NCBI GenBank assembly: GCA_040766725.1
Contig: JAXGPZ010000001.1
Location: 3,231,086 to 3,295,085 of the forward strand
From: Anaerolineae bacterium
Lineage (GTDB): Bacteria; Chloroflexota; Anaerolineae; UBA1429
Direction: 5' to 3'
Length of the DNA: 64,000 nt
Part shown: positions 27,153 through 37,255 of the stretch, piece after piece
How positions within the stretch are numbered: the stretch's first letter is position 1
How the letters are laid out: each line of letters opens with the position of its first letter
Notes under the pieces: generated by a model
The model's input: the letters and a program-made list of their open reading frames with translations, nothing else
What the model was told of the DNA's origin: nothing
Databases searched by the model: none
Position numbers and translations under genes: made by a program

Positions 27153-28022
27153 ATGGCATTGCCTCTGCGCGAAGCGCGTGTGGCCATCGTGGGCCTCGGC
27201 CTGATGGGCGGATCACTGGCCGCCGCCCTGAAGGCGGCTCGGGCCTGTCGCGAGGTGATCGGCATTGCGCGCCGGCCCAACAGCATCACGATGGCCCTGA
27301 CCTTTGGGTTCATCGACCGCGGCGCCCTCGACCTGGCCGAGGGGGTGGCCGACGCTGACGTCGTCGTGCTGTGCACGCCGGTGGGCGACATCCTGGACAA
27401 GATCGCCACCATCGGCCCGCTGCTCAAGCCGGGCTGCGTGCTGCTCGACATCGGCAGCACCAAGGCGGCCATCTGTGAGGCGATGGCCGCCATGCCGGCC
27501 CATGTGCAACCGCTGGGCGGGCACCCCATGTGCGGCAAAGAGTCCTCGGGCCTGAACGTGGCCGAGGCGGGCCTCTACCGCGGGCGTGTCTTTGTGCTCA
27601 TCCCCTTGGAGCGCACCTCGCCTGAAGCGCAACGGCTCGCAGGCGAGTTGATCGCCGCCATCGGCGCCCGCGAGCTGCGGCTCGACGCCGCACACCATGA
27701 TCGGGTGGTAGCGTTGATCTCACACCTGCCCTATATGCTCTCAGTGACGCTGGTCAACGCCGCCGCCCGCCTGGCGGGCGATGATGCCACGCCCTGGCGG
27801 CTGGCAGCCAACGGCTTTCGCGACACCAGCCGAGTGGCGGCTGGCGACCTGGCGATGATGATGGACATCATGACCACGAACCGCGCGCCGATTCTGGCGG
27901 CCGTGCGCGGCGCCCAGCAAGAGCTGGACGAGCTCGAAAAACTGCTGGCCACCGGCGACGACGACGCCCTGCAGGCGCATCTGCGCACGGCCCGTCAGCG
28001 CCGTAGAGAGGTGTTCCCATGA
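27153..28022 (+). CDS. tyrA: Prephenate/arogenate dehydrogenase (no ACT domain)
   Basis: GLGLMGGSLA, DIGSTK, GHPMCGKE, HDRVVALISHLP, GFRDTSRVA. Confidence 0.92.
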   Translation: MALPLREARVAIVGLGLMGGSLAAALKAARACREVIGIARRPNSITMALTFGFIDRGALDLAEGVADADVVVLCTPVGDILDKIATIGPLLKPGCVLLDIGSTKAAICEAMAAMPAHVQPLGGHPMCGKESSGLNVAEAGLYRGRVFVLIPLERTSPEAQRLAGELIAAIGARELRLDAAHHDRVVALISHLPYMLSVTLVNAAARLAGDDATPWRLAANGFRDTSRVAAGDLAMMMDIMTTNRAPILAAVRGAQQELDELEKLLATGDDDALQAHLRTARQRRREVFP

Positions 28023-29317
28023 ACCTGACCGTCACACCGCGTGGGCCGTTGCGCGGCGAGGCTCGCGTGCCCGGGGACAAGTCGATCACTCACCGCGCAC
28101 TGCTGCTCGCCGCTCTGGGCGATGGGCCCGCACGGGTGCGCAACCATCTGGATGGCGGCGACTGTCGCGCCACCATCGGCTGCCTGCGGGGCCTGGGGGT
28201 CGCCATCGACGACACTACTCCGGGCGAGCTGCAGGTCGAGGGCGTGGGCCTGCGCGGGCTGGTCGAGCCGGCCGGCGTGCTCGATTGTGTGCGCTCGGGC
28301 ACGGCCATGCGACTGCTGGCCGGCCTCCTGGCGGGCCAGCCTCTGTTCACGGTGCTCTCAGGCGATGATCAACTGCTGCGACGGCCCATGGGCCGCGTGG
28401 TGCAGCCGCTGACGGCCATGGGCGCACACGTCTGGGGCCGCGACGGCAACCGCTATGCACCGCTGGCCATCCAGGGCGCCACACTGCAGGGCGCCACCCA
28501 CCATCTGGCGGTGGCCAGCGCCCAGGTCAAGTCGGCCATTCTGCTGGCCGGTCTCTATGCCCAGGGAGAGACGGCGGTCGTCGAGCCGGGCCCCTCGCGC
28601 GACCACACCGAGCGCATGTTGCGTGGCCGCGGCGTGGCTCTGGCCAGCGAGGGCCTCACGCACCGTGTGCAGGGGCCGGTCGAGGCGCTGGGCAGCCTCG
28701 ACGTCGACGTGCCCGGCGACCTTTCCTCGGCCGCGTTCCTGATCGGCGCAGCACTGCTGACGCCCGGCTCGCGGCTGGTGCTGCGCGATGTCAACCTTAA
28801 CCCCACCCGCACCGGCCTGCTCGACGCCATCGCACTGATGGGCGGTCAAGTCGCGGTGCTCGACGAGCGCGACGCTGCCGGCGAGCCGCTGGGCGACCTG
28901 GCCATCGAGGCGCAACCACTGCACGGGGCCACCATCGGCGGGGCGCTGGTGCCGCGCATGATCGACGAGTTCCCCCTGCTGGCGCTGTTGGCCTCGCAGG
29001 CACAGGGCGTCACCACCGTGACCGATGCCGCCGACCTGCACGTCAAAGAGACCGACCGCATCGTCACCACGGTGGCGGCCCTGCGCGGCCTGGGCGCCCA
29101 CATCGAGCCCACTGCCGACGGCTTTGTGATCGAGGGCCCCACGCCGCTCACGGGCGCGGCCATCGACAGCTTCGGCGACCATCGCCTGGCGATGACGCTG
29201 GCCGTGGCCGGGCTCATCGCGCGCGGCGAAACGGCCATCGGGCGCGCCGAGTGCATGGGCGATTCCTTTCCCGGGTTCGCGCCGCTGCTGCTATCGCTCT
29301 GCGGGGGGGCGGCATGA
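28019..29317 (+). CDS. aroA: EPSP synthase
   Basis: PGDKSITHRA, LLRRPMGRV, SAQVKSA, SRDHTERM, KETDRI, DHRLAM. Confidence 0.96.
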   Translation: MNLTVTPRGPLRGEARVPGDKSITHRALLLAALGDGPARVRNHLDGGDCRATIGCLRGLGVAIDDTTPGELQVEGVGLRGLVEPAGVLDCVRSGTAMRLLAGLLAGQPLFTVLSGDDQLLRRPMGRVVQPLTAMGAHVWGRDGNRYAPLAIQGATLQGATHHLAVASAQVKSAILLAGLYAQGETAVVEPGPSRDHTERMLRGRGVALASEGLTHRVQGPVEALGSLDVDVPGDLSSAAFLIGAALLTPGSRLVLRDVNLNPTRTGLLDAIALMGGQVAVLDERDAAGEPLGDLAIEAQPLHGATIGGALVPRMIDEFPLLALLASQAQGVTTVTDAADLHVKETDRIVTTVAALRGLGAHIEPTADGFVIEGPTPLTGAAIDSFGDHRLAMTLAVAGLIARGETAIGRAECMGDSFPGFAPLLLSLCGGAA

Positions 29318-30198
29318 TGCCCACCCTGGACTATGCCGTGCCCATCGACGGCCACACGCGACTGGTGGGCCTCTTTGGCTGGCCGGTGGAACACAGCGTA
29401 TCGCCGCCCATGCACAACGCCGCTTTTCGAGTGCTGGGCCTGCCCTGGTGCTATGTGCCCTTTGCGGTGCACCCCGACGACCTCGCCGCGGCTCTGGCCG
29501 GCGCGCGCGCCCTGGGGCTGCGTGGCATCAACGCCACCGTGCCTCACAAGCAGGCGCTCTTGCCCCTGATGGACGCACTGACGCCCGCCGCCCGCGCCAT
29601 TCAGGCGGTCAACACGGTGCTGTTCGAGCCGGGCCGCACGCGGGGCCACAACACCGACGCCGAGGGCTTTGCGCGCGCGCTGCGCGACGAGGGACTCGCT
29701 CTGCAGGGCGCCCACGCGCTGGTGCTGGGCGCCGGCGGCGCCGCGCGGGCAGTATGCTACGCCCTGGCAACGGCCGGCGCCCGGGTGACGGTGCTCAACC
29801 GCACGCCCGAGCGCGCCACGTCTCTGGCGGCCACGATCAGCGCCGAGGTGGACGGCGCCCAGCTTTCGGGCGGCCCCCTCAACGCTGACGCCCTGCGCGC
29901 CAGCCCTGCGCCTGACCTGGTGGTGAACGCCACCAATGTGGGCATGTGGCCGCGAGTCGACGCCTCGCCGTGGCCCGACGGCGTGCCCTTTCCGCGGCAA
30001 GCGCTGGCCTATGATCTGATCTACAACCCCCGCGAGACGCGCTGGATGGCGACCGCGCGCGCGGCCGGCGCGCGCGCCGCCAATGGGTTGCGCATGTTGG
30101 TGCACCAGGGCGCGGCTTCGTTTACCGTGTGGACCGGCATCGAGCCGCCCACCGACGTCATGCTCGCCGCCTGCCTGCAGGCGCTGGGAGGAGGCTGA
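29314..30198 (+). CDS. aroE: Shikimate dehydrogenase
   Basis: HSVSPPMHN, NATVPHKQ, AVNT, NTDAEGF, GAGGAAR, DLIYNP. Confidence 0.94.
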   Translation: MMPTLDYAVPIDGHTRLVGLFGWPVEHSVSPPMHNAAFRVLGLPWCYVPFAVHPDDLAAALAGARALGLRGINATVPHKQALLPLMDALTPAARAIQAVNTVLFEPGRTRGHNTDAEGFARALRDEGLALQGAHALVLGAGGAARAVCYALATAGARVTVLNRTPERATSLAATISAEVDGAQLSGGPLNADALRASPAPDLVVNATNVGMWPRVDASPWPDGVPFPRQALAYDLIYNPRETRWMATARAAGARAANGLRMLVHQGAASFTVWTGIEPPTDVMLAACLQALGGG

Positions 30199-30199
30199 T

Positions 30200-31321
30200 A
30201 TGCTGCGATTCATCACTGCGGGCGAGTCTCACGGCCCCGGGCTGGTGGCGCTGCTGGAGGGCATTCCGGCGGGGCTGCCGCTGAGCGCCGACGACCTGCT
30301 GCCGATGCTGGCCCGCCGCCAGCAAGGCTATGGCCGCGGCCAACGCCAGCAGATCGAGCAGGACCATGCCGAGATCATCGCTGGCGTGGTGGATGGCCGC
30401 ACCATCGGCTCGCCGCTGGCGCTGCTGGTGCCCAACCGCGACTATGCCAACTGGCGCGACCGCAAGACGCCGCCCTGGCGTCGCCCCAGGCCGGGCCATG
30501 CCGACCTGGCCGGCGCCATCAAGTACGGCCTCGACGACCTGCGGCTGGTGGCCGAGCGCGCCAGCGCCCGCGAGACGGCCGCGCGCGTCGCGGCGGGGGC
30601 CGTGGCCGTGAGGCTGTTGGCGCAGGTCGGCGTGCAGGTGGGCAGCTATGTGCGCGCCATCGGCCCAGTGCGAGCCGACGTAGAGACGCTGCCGGTGCCC
30701 CAGCGAGTGGAGCGAGCGCGGGCCTCTAACGTGGCCTGCCCCGACGAGGCCGCCGCTGAGCGCATGCGCGCCGCCATCGATGCGGCGCAGGCCGCTGGCG
30801 ATTCGCTGGGCGGCCTGTTCGATGTGGTGGCCTGGGGCTTGCCGGTGGGGCTGGGCAGCTACGTGCAGTGGGATCGACGCCTCGACGCCCGTCTGGCGGC
30901 CGCGGTGATGAGCATTCAGGCGGTCAAGGGCGTCGAGATCGGCCCGGCCTTTGCCAACGCCCGCCTGCCCGGCACCGCCGTGCACGACGCCCTCTATCCG
31001 GGCGACGCCGGCCTGCAGCGCCGCACCAACCGCGCCGGAGGCCTCGAGGGCGGCATGACCAACGGCGAGCCGCTGATCCTCACCGCGGCGATAAAGCCCA
31101 TCCCCACCACGTTGACGCCGCAACCAACCGTCGACCTGGACACCGGTCAGCCGGTGCACACCGAGTACCAGCGCTCTGACGGTTGCGCCGTGCCAGCCGC
31201 GGCCGTCGTGGGCGAGGCGATGGTGGCGTTGACGTTGGCCGAGGCGATCATCGAGCGCTATGGCGGCGACAGCCTGGCCGCACTGCAGCACCGCATGGGG
31301 GGCGCCCATGTCCACCCCTAG
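30200..31321 (+). CDS. aroC: Chorismate synthase
   Basis: TAGESHG, RQQGYGRG, PRPGHAD, ERASARETAARVA, GGLEGGMTNG, KPIPT. Confidence 0.96.
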   Translation: MLRFITAGESHGPGLVALLEGIPAGLPLSADDLLPMLARRQQGYGRGQRQQIEQDHAEIIAGVVDGRTIGSPLALLVPNRDYANWRDRKTPPWRRPRPGHADLAGAIKYGLDDLRLVAERASARETAARVAAGAVAVRLLAQVGVQVGSYVRAIGPVRADVETLPVPQRVERARASNVACPDEAAAERMRAAIDAAQAAGDSLGGLFDVVAWGLPVGLGSYVQWDRRLDARLAAAVMSIQAVKGVEIGPAFANARLPGTAVHDALYPGDAGLQRRTNRAGGLEGGMTNGEPLILTAAIKPIPTTLTPQPTVDLDTGQPVHTEYQRSDGCAVPAAAVVGEAMVALTLAEAIIERYGGDSLAALQHRMGGAHVHP

Positions 31322-32873
31322 TCTGGTGCTCACGGGCTTTATGGGCACTGGCAAGAGCACGGTGGGCCAGGCCGTCGCTGACCGGCTGGGCTTGCGCTTT
31401 GTCGACATGGATCAGGTCATCGCCCAGCGCATGGGCAAGACGATCCCCGAGATCTTTGAGCAGTTCGGCGAGGCCGCCTTTCGGGCGCTCGAGCGCGCCC
31501 TGTGCCTCGAGCTGGCCCAGCAGCAGGGCCTGGTCATCGCCACGGGCGGTGGCGCCCTGGTGGACGAGCGCAACCGCGAGGCGTTGGCCAGAGCGGGCCT
31601 GCTGATCTGCCTGGACTGCGCCCCCGAGGAGATCGTGCAGCGCATCGGCGCCGACGCCAACCGGCCCATGTTGCGCGGTGATGCGCCCGAGCGCCGCATC
31701 GAGGCGCTGCTGCAGGCGCGCCAGGAGGCGTACCGACACATCGCCTATCACATCGACACGACCCGCCTCACGCCCGAGCAGGTGCTCGACGCGGTGCTCG
31801 CGCTCTACCGGGCCGAACCCGAGCCGCTGGAGGTGCGCACACCCGACGGCAGCTATCGCGTGCACATCTACCCGCACGGCGCCGCCCACCTCGGCCCTTT
31901 GATCCAGCACGAGCTGGCGCCGAGCAGCGTCGTCGTGATCGCTGACGAGACCGCCTGGCGCCTGCACGGCGAGCGCGTGGCCGCCGGGCTCGAGGGCAGC
32001 GTGCGCTGGAGCCTGCTGACCGTGCCCTCGGGCGAGGAGCACAAGCGCCTCGAGACGGTGCGCGAGCTCTATGACGGCCTGTTGGCGGCCGGGCTCGATC
32101 GCCAGGGGCTCATCGTGGCGCTGGGCGGCGGCGTGACCACCGACATGGCCGGCTTTGCCGCGGCCACCTACCTGCGCGGCGTGCGCCTGGCGCAGGCGCC
32201 CACCACGCTGCTTGCGATGGTGGATGCCAGCGTGGGCGGCAAGGTGGCCGTGGATCTGCCGCAGGGCAAGAACCTGGTGGGCGCCTTTAAGCAGGCCGAG
32301 CTGGTGCTGCTCGACCCCGAGTTCCTGGGCACGCTGCCGCGCCAGGCGTTGCTCTCGGGGCTGGCCGAGATCATCAAGCATGGGGTCATCGGCGATGTCG
32401 AGCTCTTCGCGCGGCTGGCGCCGGGCGGCGAGTGGCCCGCCATGCGCTGGCTGCTCAAGCGTGCGCTGCAGGTCAAGATCGATATCGTGCAGCAAGACCC
32501 CTTTGAGCAGGGCCTGCGCGCCGTGCTCAACCTGGGCCACACCTTTGCCCATGCCTTTGAGGTGCTGGCCGACTATGCCCTGCCTCACGGCCTGGCCGTC
32601 GGCCAGGGCCTGGCGGCGGCGGCCGACCTCTCGGCGCGTATGGAGCTGTGCAGCGCGGCCACACGCGACCGCATCATCGCGGCGCTGGCGGCCAACGGCC
32701 TGCCCACCCGTCACGGCTGCGACGCTGATGCGGCCATGGCGGCCATGCAGCGCGACAAGAAACGGGTCGCCGACCGGCTCCGTTTCGTGCTGATTCAGGA
32801 TGTGGGGCGTGTCATGGTGCGCGACGACGTGCCCGTAGCGCTCTTGCGCCAAACTCTGGAGGCCTGCCGATGA
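31308..32873 (+). CDS. aroKB: Bifunctional shikimate kinase / 3-dehydroquinate synthase
   Basis: GFMGTGKST (AroK); [36 protein letters not shown] (AroB). Confidence 0.94.
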   Translation: MSTPSLVLTGFMGTGKSTVGQAVADRLGLRFVDMDQVIAQRMGKTIPEIFEQFGEAAFRALERALCLELAQQQGLVIATGGGALVDERNREALARAGLLICLDCAPEEIVQRIGADANRPMLRGDAPERRIEALLQARQEAYRHIAYHIDTTRLTPEQVLDAVLALYRAEPEPLEVRTPDGSYRVHIYPHGAAHLGPLIQHELAPSSVVVIADETAWRLHGERVAAGLEGSVRWSLLTVPSGEEHKRLETVRELYDGLLAAGLDRQGLIVALGGGVTTDMAGFAAATYLRGVRLAQAPTTLLAMVDASVGGKVAVDLPQGKNLVGAFKQAELVLLDPEFLGTLPRQALLSGLAEIIKHGVIGDVELFARLAPGGEWPAMRWLLKRALQVKIDIVQQDPFEQGLRAVLNLGHTFAHAFEVLADYALPHGLAVGQGLAAAADLSARMELCSAATRDRIIAALAANGLPTRHGCDADAAMAAMQRDKKRVADRLRFVLIQDVGRVMVRDDVPVALLRQTLEACR

Positions 32874-33310
32874 AACTGCTGCTGCTCAACGGCCCCAACC
32901 TGAACCTGCTGGGCACGCGCGAGCCTGACGTCTATGGGCGCGACACGCTGCAAGAGATCGTGGCGCGCGCCACCGCTCACGCCGAGCGGCTGGGCGTCGA
33001 GCTGTACTGCTGGCAATCGAATCACGAGGGGGCGCTGATCGATGCCCTACACGAGGCGCGCGGCTGGGCCGAGGGCATCATCATCAACCCGGGCGCTCTG
33101 ACCCACTACTCGTATGCCCTGCGCGACGCCCTGGCGAGCGTCGCCCTGCCCGCCATCGAGGTGCACCTGTCCAACATCCACGCCCGTGAAGAGTTTCGGC
33201 ACACGTCGGTGACGGCGCCGGTCTGCCGCGGGCAAATCGTGGGGCTGGGCTGGCGAGGCTATCTGCTGGCCATCGAGTGGTTCGCGGCCGGGGGCGCCAC
33301 GGCGGGTTGA
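32870..33310 (+). CDS. aroQ: Type II 3-dehydroquinate dehydratase
   Basis: [37 protein letters not shown]. Confidence 0.96.
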   Translation: MKLLLLNGPNLNLLGTREPDVYGRDTLQEIVARATAHAERLGVELYCWQSNHEGALIDALHEARGWAEGIIINPGALTHYSYALRDALASVALPAIEVHLSNIHAREEFRHTSVTAPVCRGQIVGLGWRGYLLAIEWFAAGGATAG

Positions 33311-33315
33311 GAGGG

Positions 33316-33346
33316 AAAAAGCGGGCCCGGTAGTTCGGGCCCGCTT
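33316..33346 (-). terminator. Terminator between convergent aroQ and ftsZ
   Basis: AAGCGGGCCCG-gtagtt-CGGGCCCGCTT, with a U-tract on the minus strand. Confidence 0.75.
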
Positions 33347-33352
33347 GGCGTC

Positions 33353-34432
33353 TCACTTGCGCAAGAACGGCGGAATATCGACGTCCGGATCCTCGAACAC
33401 CACGCCGCCAGGCCAGCCGGCCGGTTCGCTGGGCTGCTTCTCGGGCAGGCCGGGTGCAGGCGGCGTCGCAGGCTCTGCAGCGGCGCTCTCGATGCCAAAG
33501 CCGGTGGCAATCAGCGTGATCTGCACCGTGTCCTTCATCGCCGGGTCAACCATGGCGCCAAAGATGATGTTGGCGTCGGGCGCCGCGCTCTTGCGGATGA
33601 TCTCGGCCGCCTCAGAGGCCTCAAAGAGGCCCAGGTCATCGCCGCCCTTGACGTTGAACAGCACGCCCTTGGCGTCGTTCAGGGTCAGATTCAGCAGCGG
33701 GCTGGTGACGGCCTGGCGCGCAGCCGTTGCGGCACGGTCTTCGCCGGCGCCGATGCCGATGGTCATCATCGCCGTGCCGCCGTTGCGCATGACCGCGTTC
33801 ACATCGGCAAAGTCGGTGTTGATGAGCCCCACAATGGTGATCAGGTCGGTGATGCCCTGAATGCCCTGGCGCAGCATCTCGTCGGCCACCATAAAGGCCT
33901 GCTTGAAGGGCGCTTTGGGGTCCACCAGGTTCTTGAGGCGGTCGTTCTGGATCTCGATCAGGGTGTCGCTTTCCTTCTTGAGGGCGGCGAGCCCTTCTTT
34001 AGCCAGGCGCATACGGTGCGAGCCCTCAAAGCCAAACGGCATGGTGACGATACTCACGGTGAGCGCGCCCAACTCGCGCGCCAGCGAGGCCACGATCGGC
34101 GCAGCGCCGGTGCCTGTGCCACCGCCCAGGCCCGAGGCCACAAAGACCATGTCGGCGCCCTCGAGGTGCTCTCGGATCTCGGCGCGACTCTTTTCAGCGG
34201 CGCTGCGGCCCACCTCGGGCCTGCCGCCGGCGCCGCGTCCGTCCTCGCCGATGGTCACCTTGTTGGGCGCTGCAGAGTGCGACAGAGCCATGCCGTCGGT
34301 GTTCACAGCGATGAACTCTACCCCATCGACGCCCGCCTCGATCATGCGGTCGACGGCATTGCAGCCACCGCCTCCCACGCCGATGACCTTGATCTTGGCA
34401 TACTGTGGCCGCAATTGCATTGACCGGTCCAT
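33353..34432 (-). CDS. ftsZ: Cell division protein FtsZ
   Basis: IKVIGVGGGGCNAV, GLGGGTGTGAAP, NTDFADV, C-terminal DIPPFLRK; exact start uncertain. Confidence 0.95.
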   Translation of the reverse strand: MDRSMQLRPQYAKIKVIGVGGGGCNAVDRMIEAGVDGVEFIAVNTDGMALSHSAAPNKVTIGEDGRGAGGRPEVGRSAAEKSRAEIREHLEGADMVFVASGLGGGTGTGAAPIVASLARELGALTVSIVTMPFGFEGSHRMRLAKEGLAALKKESDTLIEIQNDRLKNLVDPKAPFKQAFMVADEMLRQGIQGITDLITIVGLINTDFADVNAVMRNGGTAMMTIGIGAGEDRAATAARQAVTSPLLNLTLNDAKGVLFNVKGGDDLGLFEASEAAEIIRKSAAPDANIIFGAMVDPAMKDTVQITLIATGFGIESAAAEPATPPAPGLPEKQPSEPAGWPGGVVFEDPDVDIPPFLRK

Positions 34433-34531
34433 CGCGTCCCCTTCTCGGGGCTGGCCTTCCCAGAGTGTAGCCATGTTCAGCTCGTTCACCACCCTGCGGC
34501 GTTCTGCCCCTGATGTGCGTGTCATGTTTCC

Positions 34532-34560
34532 ATAGTACAGAGCCCAGACCCAGGTGTCAA
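34532..34560 (-). promoter_or_regulatory. ftsZ promoter
   Basis: Minus strand TTGACA-N17-TACTAT. Confidence 0.65.
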
Positions 34561-34608
34561 CAGTCATCGGCCACCTGGTGAACATGATGAACAGGGCACA
34601 TGAACGGT

Positions 34609-34637
34609 TTGCCGGCCGACCCGTTGCGGTGTATGAT
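34609..34637 (+). promoter_or_regulatory. Promoter of the thiamine operon
   Basis: TTGCCG-N17-TATGAT just before the riboswitch. Confidence 0.55.
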
Positions 34638-34645
34638 TGCTGCAG

Positions 34646-34734
34646 ATGCTGGGGGAGCTCCATGCGGGCTGAGAGGATGGCGGCAGCCATCGACCCCTTC
34701 ACCTGAACTGGGTAATGCCAGCGTAGGGAAGCGT
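34646..34734 (+). promoter_or_regulatory. TPP riboswitch (THI box)
   Basis: GGGG...GGCTGAGAGG...GACCC..ACCTGAACTGGGTAATGCCAGCGTAGGGAA; P1 ATGCT/AGCGT. Confidence 0.95.
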
Positions 34735-34741
34735 GATGCGC

Positions 34742-34774
34742 ACAGACCGCTGGCATGGCGGTCTGTTTGTTTTT
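34742..34774 (+). terminator. Riboswitch expression-platform terminator
   Basis: ACAGACCGC-tggcatg-GCGGTCTGT followed by TTGTTTTT. Confidence 0.75.
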
Positions 34775-34797
34775 GTGCGCACAGGAGTCGAGCATCC

Positions 34798-35475
34798 ATG
34801 CATATCGTCGTTGTGGCCAACGGCGCGTTGACCAGCGCCCACCGGCTGCTAGGCCTGGTTCGTGGCGCCGACCTGGTGGTGGCCGCCGACGGCGGCGCCA
34901 ACTGGCTGTGGCGGCATGGGCTCTCGCCGGCGGTGCTGATCGGCGACCTGGACTCGGTCACACCGACGGTGCTGGCCGCGCTCGAGGCGGCCGGCTGCAC
35001 GGTGTTGCGACACCCCACCGCCAAAGACGAGACCGATGCCGAGTTGGCACTGCTCTATGCCGCGCAGCGAGCGCCCAGCCGTATCACCCTGATAGGCGCG
35101 CTGGGCGGGCGCATCGATCACGAGCTGGCCAACCTGATGCTGCTGGCCCTGCCCGAGCTGCAGGGGCTCCAGGCGGCCATCTATGATGGCGCCACCTGGG
35201 TGCGGCTGCTGCCCGAGGGGCCGTCGGAGCTGGCCGGCGCCGCCGGCGACACCGTGTCGTTGCTGCCTCTGGGCGGCGATTGTCACGGCATCACCACCAG
35301 CGGGCTGGCCTACCCTTTGTGCGACGAATCGCTCTATGTGGGGGCTGCGCGTGGCGTCAGCAACGTCATGCTGGGTTGCACGGCGCGCATCACGGTGCGT
35401 AGTGGGCGGCTGCTGCTGGTGCACACCCCGTCTGAGGCCAGCGAGGCGGCAGGTGCGCAGGAGGTCTCGCCATGA
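34798..35475 (+). CDS. thiN: Thiamine pyrophosphokinase
   Basis: AADGGA, IGDLDS, KDETDAELA, GALGGRIDHELAN, GLAYPL, GVSN. Confidence 0.93.
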   Translation: MHIVVVANGALTSAHRLLGLVRGADLVVAADGGANWLWRHGLSPAVLIGDLDSVTPTVLAALEAAGCTVLRHPTAKDETDAELALLYAAQRAPSRITLIGALGGRIDHELANLMLLALPELQGLQAAIYDGATWVRLLPEGPSELAGAAGDTVSLLPLGGDCHGITTSGLAYPLCDESLYVGAARGVSNVMLGCTARITVRSGRLLLVHTPSEASEAAGAQEVSP

Positions 35476-36260
35476 GAGTGCGTCTGCGTCGCAGCGCAGC
35501 CCAGGCCCTGCCGGCCGCCGCCCTCATTGTGGGGCTGTTGGCGCTCTGGGAGGTGCTGGCCCTCGCGCTCGACATTCAGGACTGGCTGCTGCCGGCGCCC
35601 AGCACAGTGTGGCGTGCAGGCATCGCCTCGGCGGGCCTGCTGTGGCCACACGTCGCGCGCACGCTGCTCGAGACCCTGCTGGGCTTTGCAGCCGCGCTGG
35701 CCCTGGGCCTCGGGCTGGGCATCGCTCTCGACCTGTCGCCGCTGCTGCGCCGCGCCCTCTATCCCCTGTTGGTGGCCTCGCAGACGGTGCCGACCATCGC
35801 CATCGCGCCTCTGCTGGTCATCTGGTTCGGCTATGGGCTGTTGCCCAAGATCATCGTCGTGGGGCTGGTCTGCTTTTTCCCGGTGGTGGTGAACACGGCC
35901 GATGGCCTGCGCTCGGCCAGTGGCGACCTGTTGGCCCTGTTGCGCACCATGGGCGCCAGCCGCAGCGACCTCTTTTTCAAGGTGCGGCTCCCCTCGGCGC
36001 TGCCGATGATCTTTACCGGCATCAAAGTGGCCATCACCTACAGTGTGGTGGGGGCCATCTTGGGCGAATGGGTGGGCGCCAGCCGTGGACTGGGCATTTT
36101 CATGCTGCGCGCCACCAACTCGTTCCGCACCGACTGGGTGTTTGTGAGCATCTTTATCAGTGCCGTGCTGAGCCTGGGGCTGTTTGGCCTGGTCAACCTG
36201 GTCGAACGGCTGTTGCAGCCCTGGCGCTTTGGCCGGCAGGAGCATTGGGAGGAGCTATAG
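35472..36260 (+). CDS. ABC permease (ThiX/SsuC-like)
   Basis: LLPAPS, P..VASQTVP.IAIAPL, LPSALP, GAILGEW. Confidence 0.88.
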   Translation: MRVRLRRSAAQALPAAALIVGLLALWEVLALALDIQDWLLPAPSTVWRAGIASAGLLWPHVARTLLETLLGFAAALALGLGLGIALDLSPLLRRALYPLLVASQTVPTIAIAPLLVIWFGYGLLPKIIVVGLVCFFPVVVNTADGLRSASGDLLALLRTMGASRSDLFFKVRLPSALPMIFTGIKVAITYSVVGAILGEWVGASRGLGIFMLRATNSFRTDWVFVSIFISAVLSLGLFGLVNLVERLLQPWRFGRQEHWEEL

Positions 36261-36262
36261 AG

Positions 36263-37246
36263 ATGACCAAGGAATTGACATGGCATCGTCTGGCGGTGCT
36301 GGCGGCCATCGTACTGGTGCTGCTGGCTGGCTGTGCGCGCCCGCAGGAGCTCGAGCCGGTGGTGTTGTCGCTCGACTGGGTGCCCAACACCAACCACACC
36401 GGCTTTTACGTGGCCCTCGAAAAGGGCTGGTATGCTGACGAGGGGCTCGACGTTGACATTCAGGTGCCTTCCGATCCGTCGGCGGCGCTAAAACAGGTCG
36501 CAGCCGGCAATACGCCCTTTGGCGTCAGCTTTCAGGATGAGGTCACCGTGGCCAGGGCCAGCGGCATTCCGGTGGTCTCTATCGCCGCCCTCATCCAGCA
36601 CAACACCTCGGCGATCGCCTCGCTGGCCTCGGCGGGCATCGAGAGCGCGGCCGACTTTGAAGGCAAGACCTATGCGTCCTTTGGGCTGCCCATCGAGCGC
36701 CCGCTGCTGCAAGGCCTGATGCAATGCGAGGGCGCCGACATCGACAAGCTCGAGTTCGTGGATGTGGGCTATGACACCTTTCCCGCGCTGGTGGCCGGAC
36801 GGGCTGATCTGATCTGGATCTTTTTGGGGTGGGACGGTGTGCACGCCGACCTGATGGGCGTGGAGCTGAACGCCGTGCCCCTGTATGGCGACTGCGTGCC
36901 CGACTATTACACGCCGGTGATCATCGCCGGCGAGGATACGCTGGCCCAGCGCCCCGAACTGGCGCGCCGCTTTTTGGCCGCCACTGCGCGCGGCTATGCC
37001 TACGCCATCGAGCACCCGGTCGAAGCGGCCGATATCCTGCTCAAGCACTCACCCGAGAGCGACCCCGAGCTGGTGCGCGCCAGCCAGGCGTGGCTGGGCG
37101 CTCAGTATCAGGCCGATGCCCCTCGCTGGGGCGTACAAAGGGCCGAAGTGTGGCAAGAGTTCGCCGACTGGATGTACGAGCATGGCCTGCTGGCCGCTGA
37201 GATCGACGCTGGCGCCGCCTATACCAACGACTATCTGCCCGAGTAG
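36263..37246 (+). CDS. ABC substrate-binding lipoprotein, NMT1/THI5 (ThiY-like)
   Basis: Lipobox LLAGC; LDWVPNTNHTGFYVA..KGWY, PDYYTPV. Confidence 0.88.
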   Translation: MTKELTWHRLAVLAAIVLVLLAGCARPQELEPVVLSLDWVPNTNHTGFYVALEKGWYADEGLDVDIQVPSDPSAALKQVAAGNTPFGVSFQDEVTVARASGIPVVSIAALIQHNTSAIASLASAGIESAADFEGKTYASFGLPIERPLLQGLMQCEGADIDKLEFVDVGYDTFPALVAGRADLIWIFLGWDGVHADLMGVELNAVPLYGDCVPDYYTPVIIAGEDTLAQRPELARRFLAATARGYAYAIEHPVEAADILLKHSPESDPELVRASQAWLGAQYQADAPRWGVQRAEVWQEFADWMYEHGLLAAEIDAGAAYTNDYLPE

Positions 37247-37255
37247 ACTGCGCCT

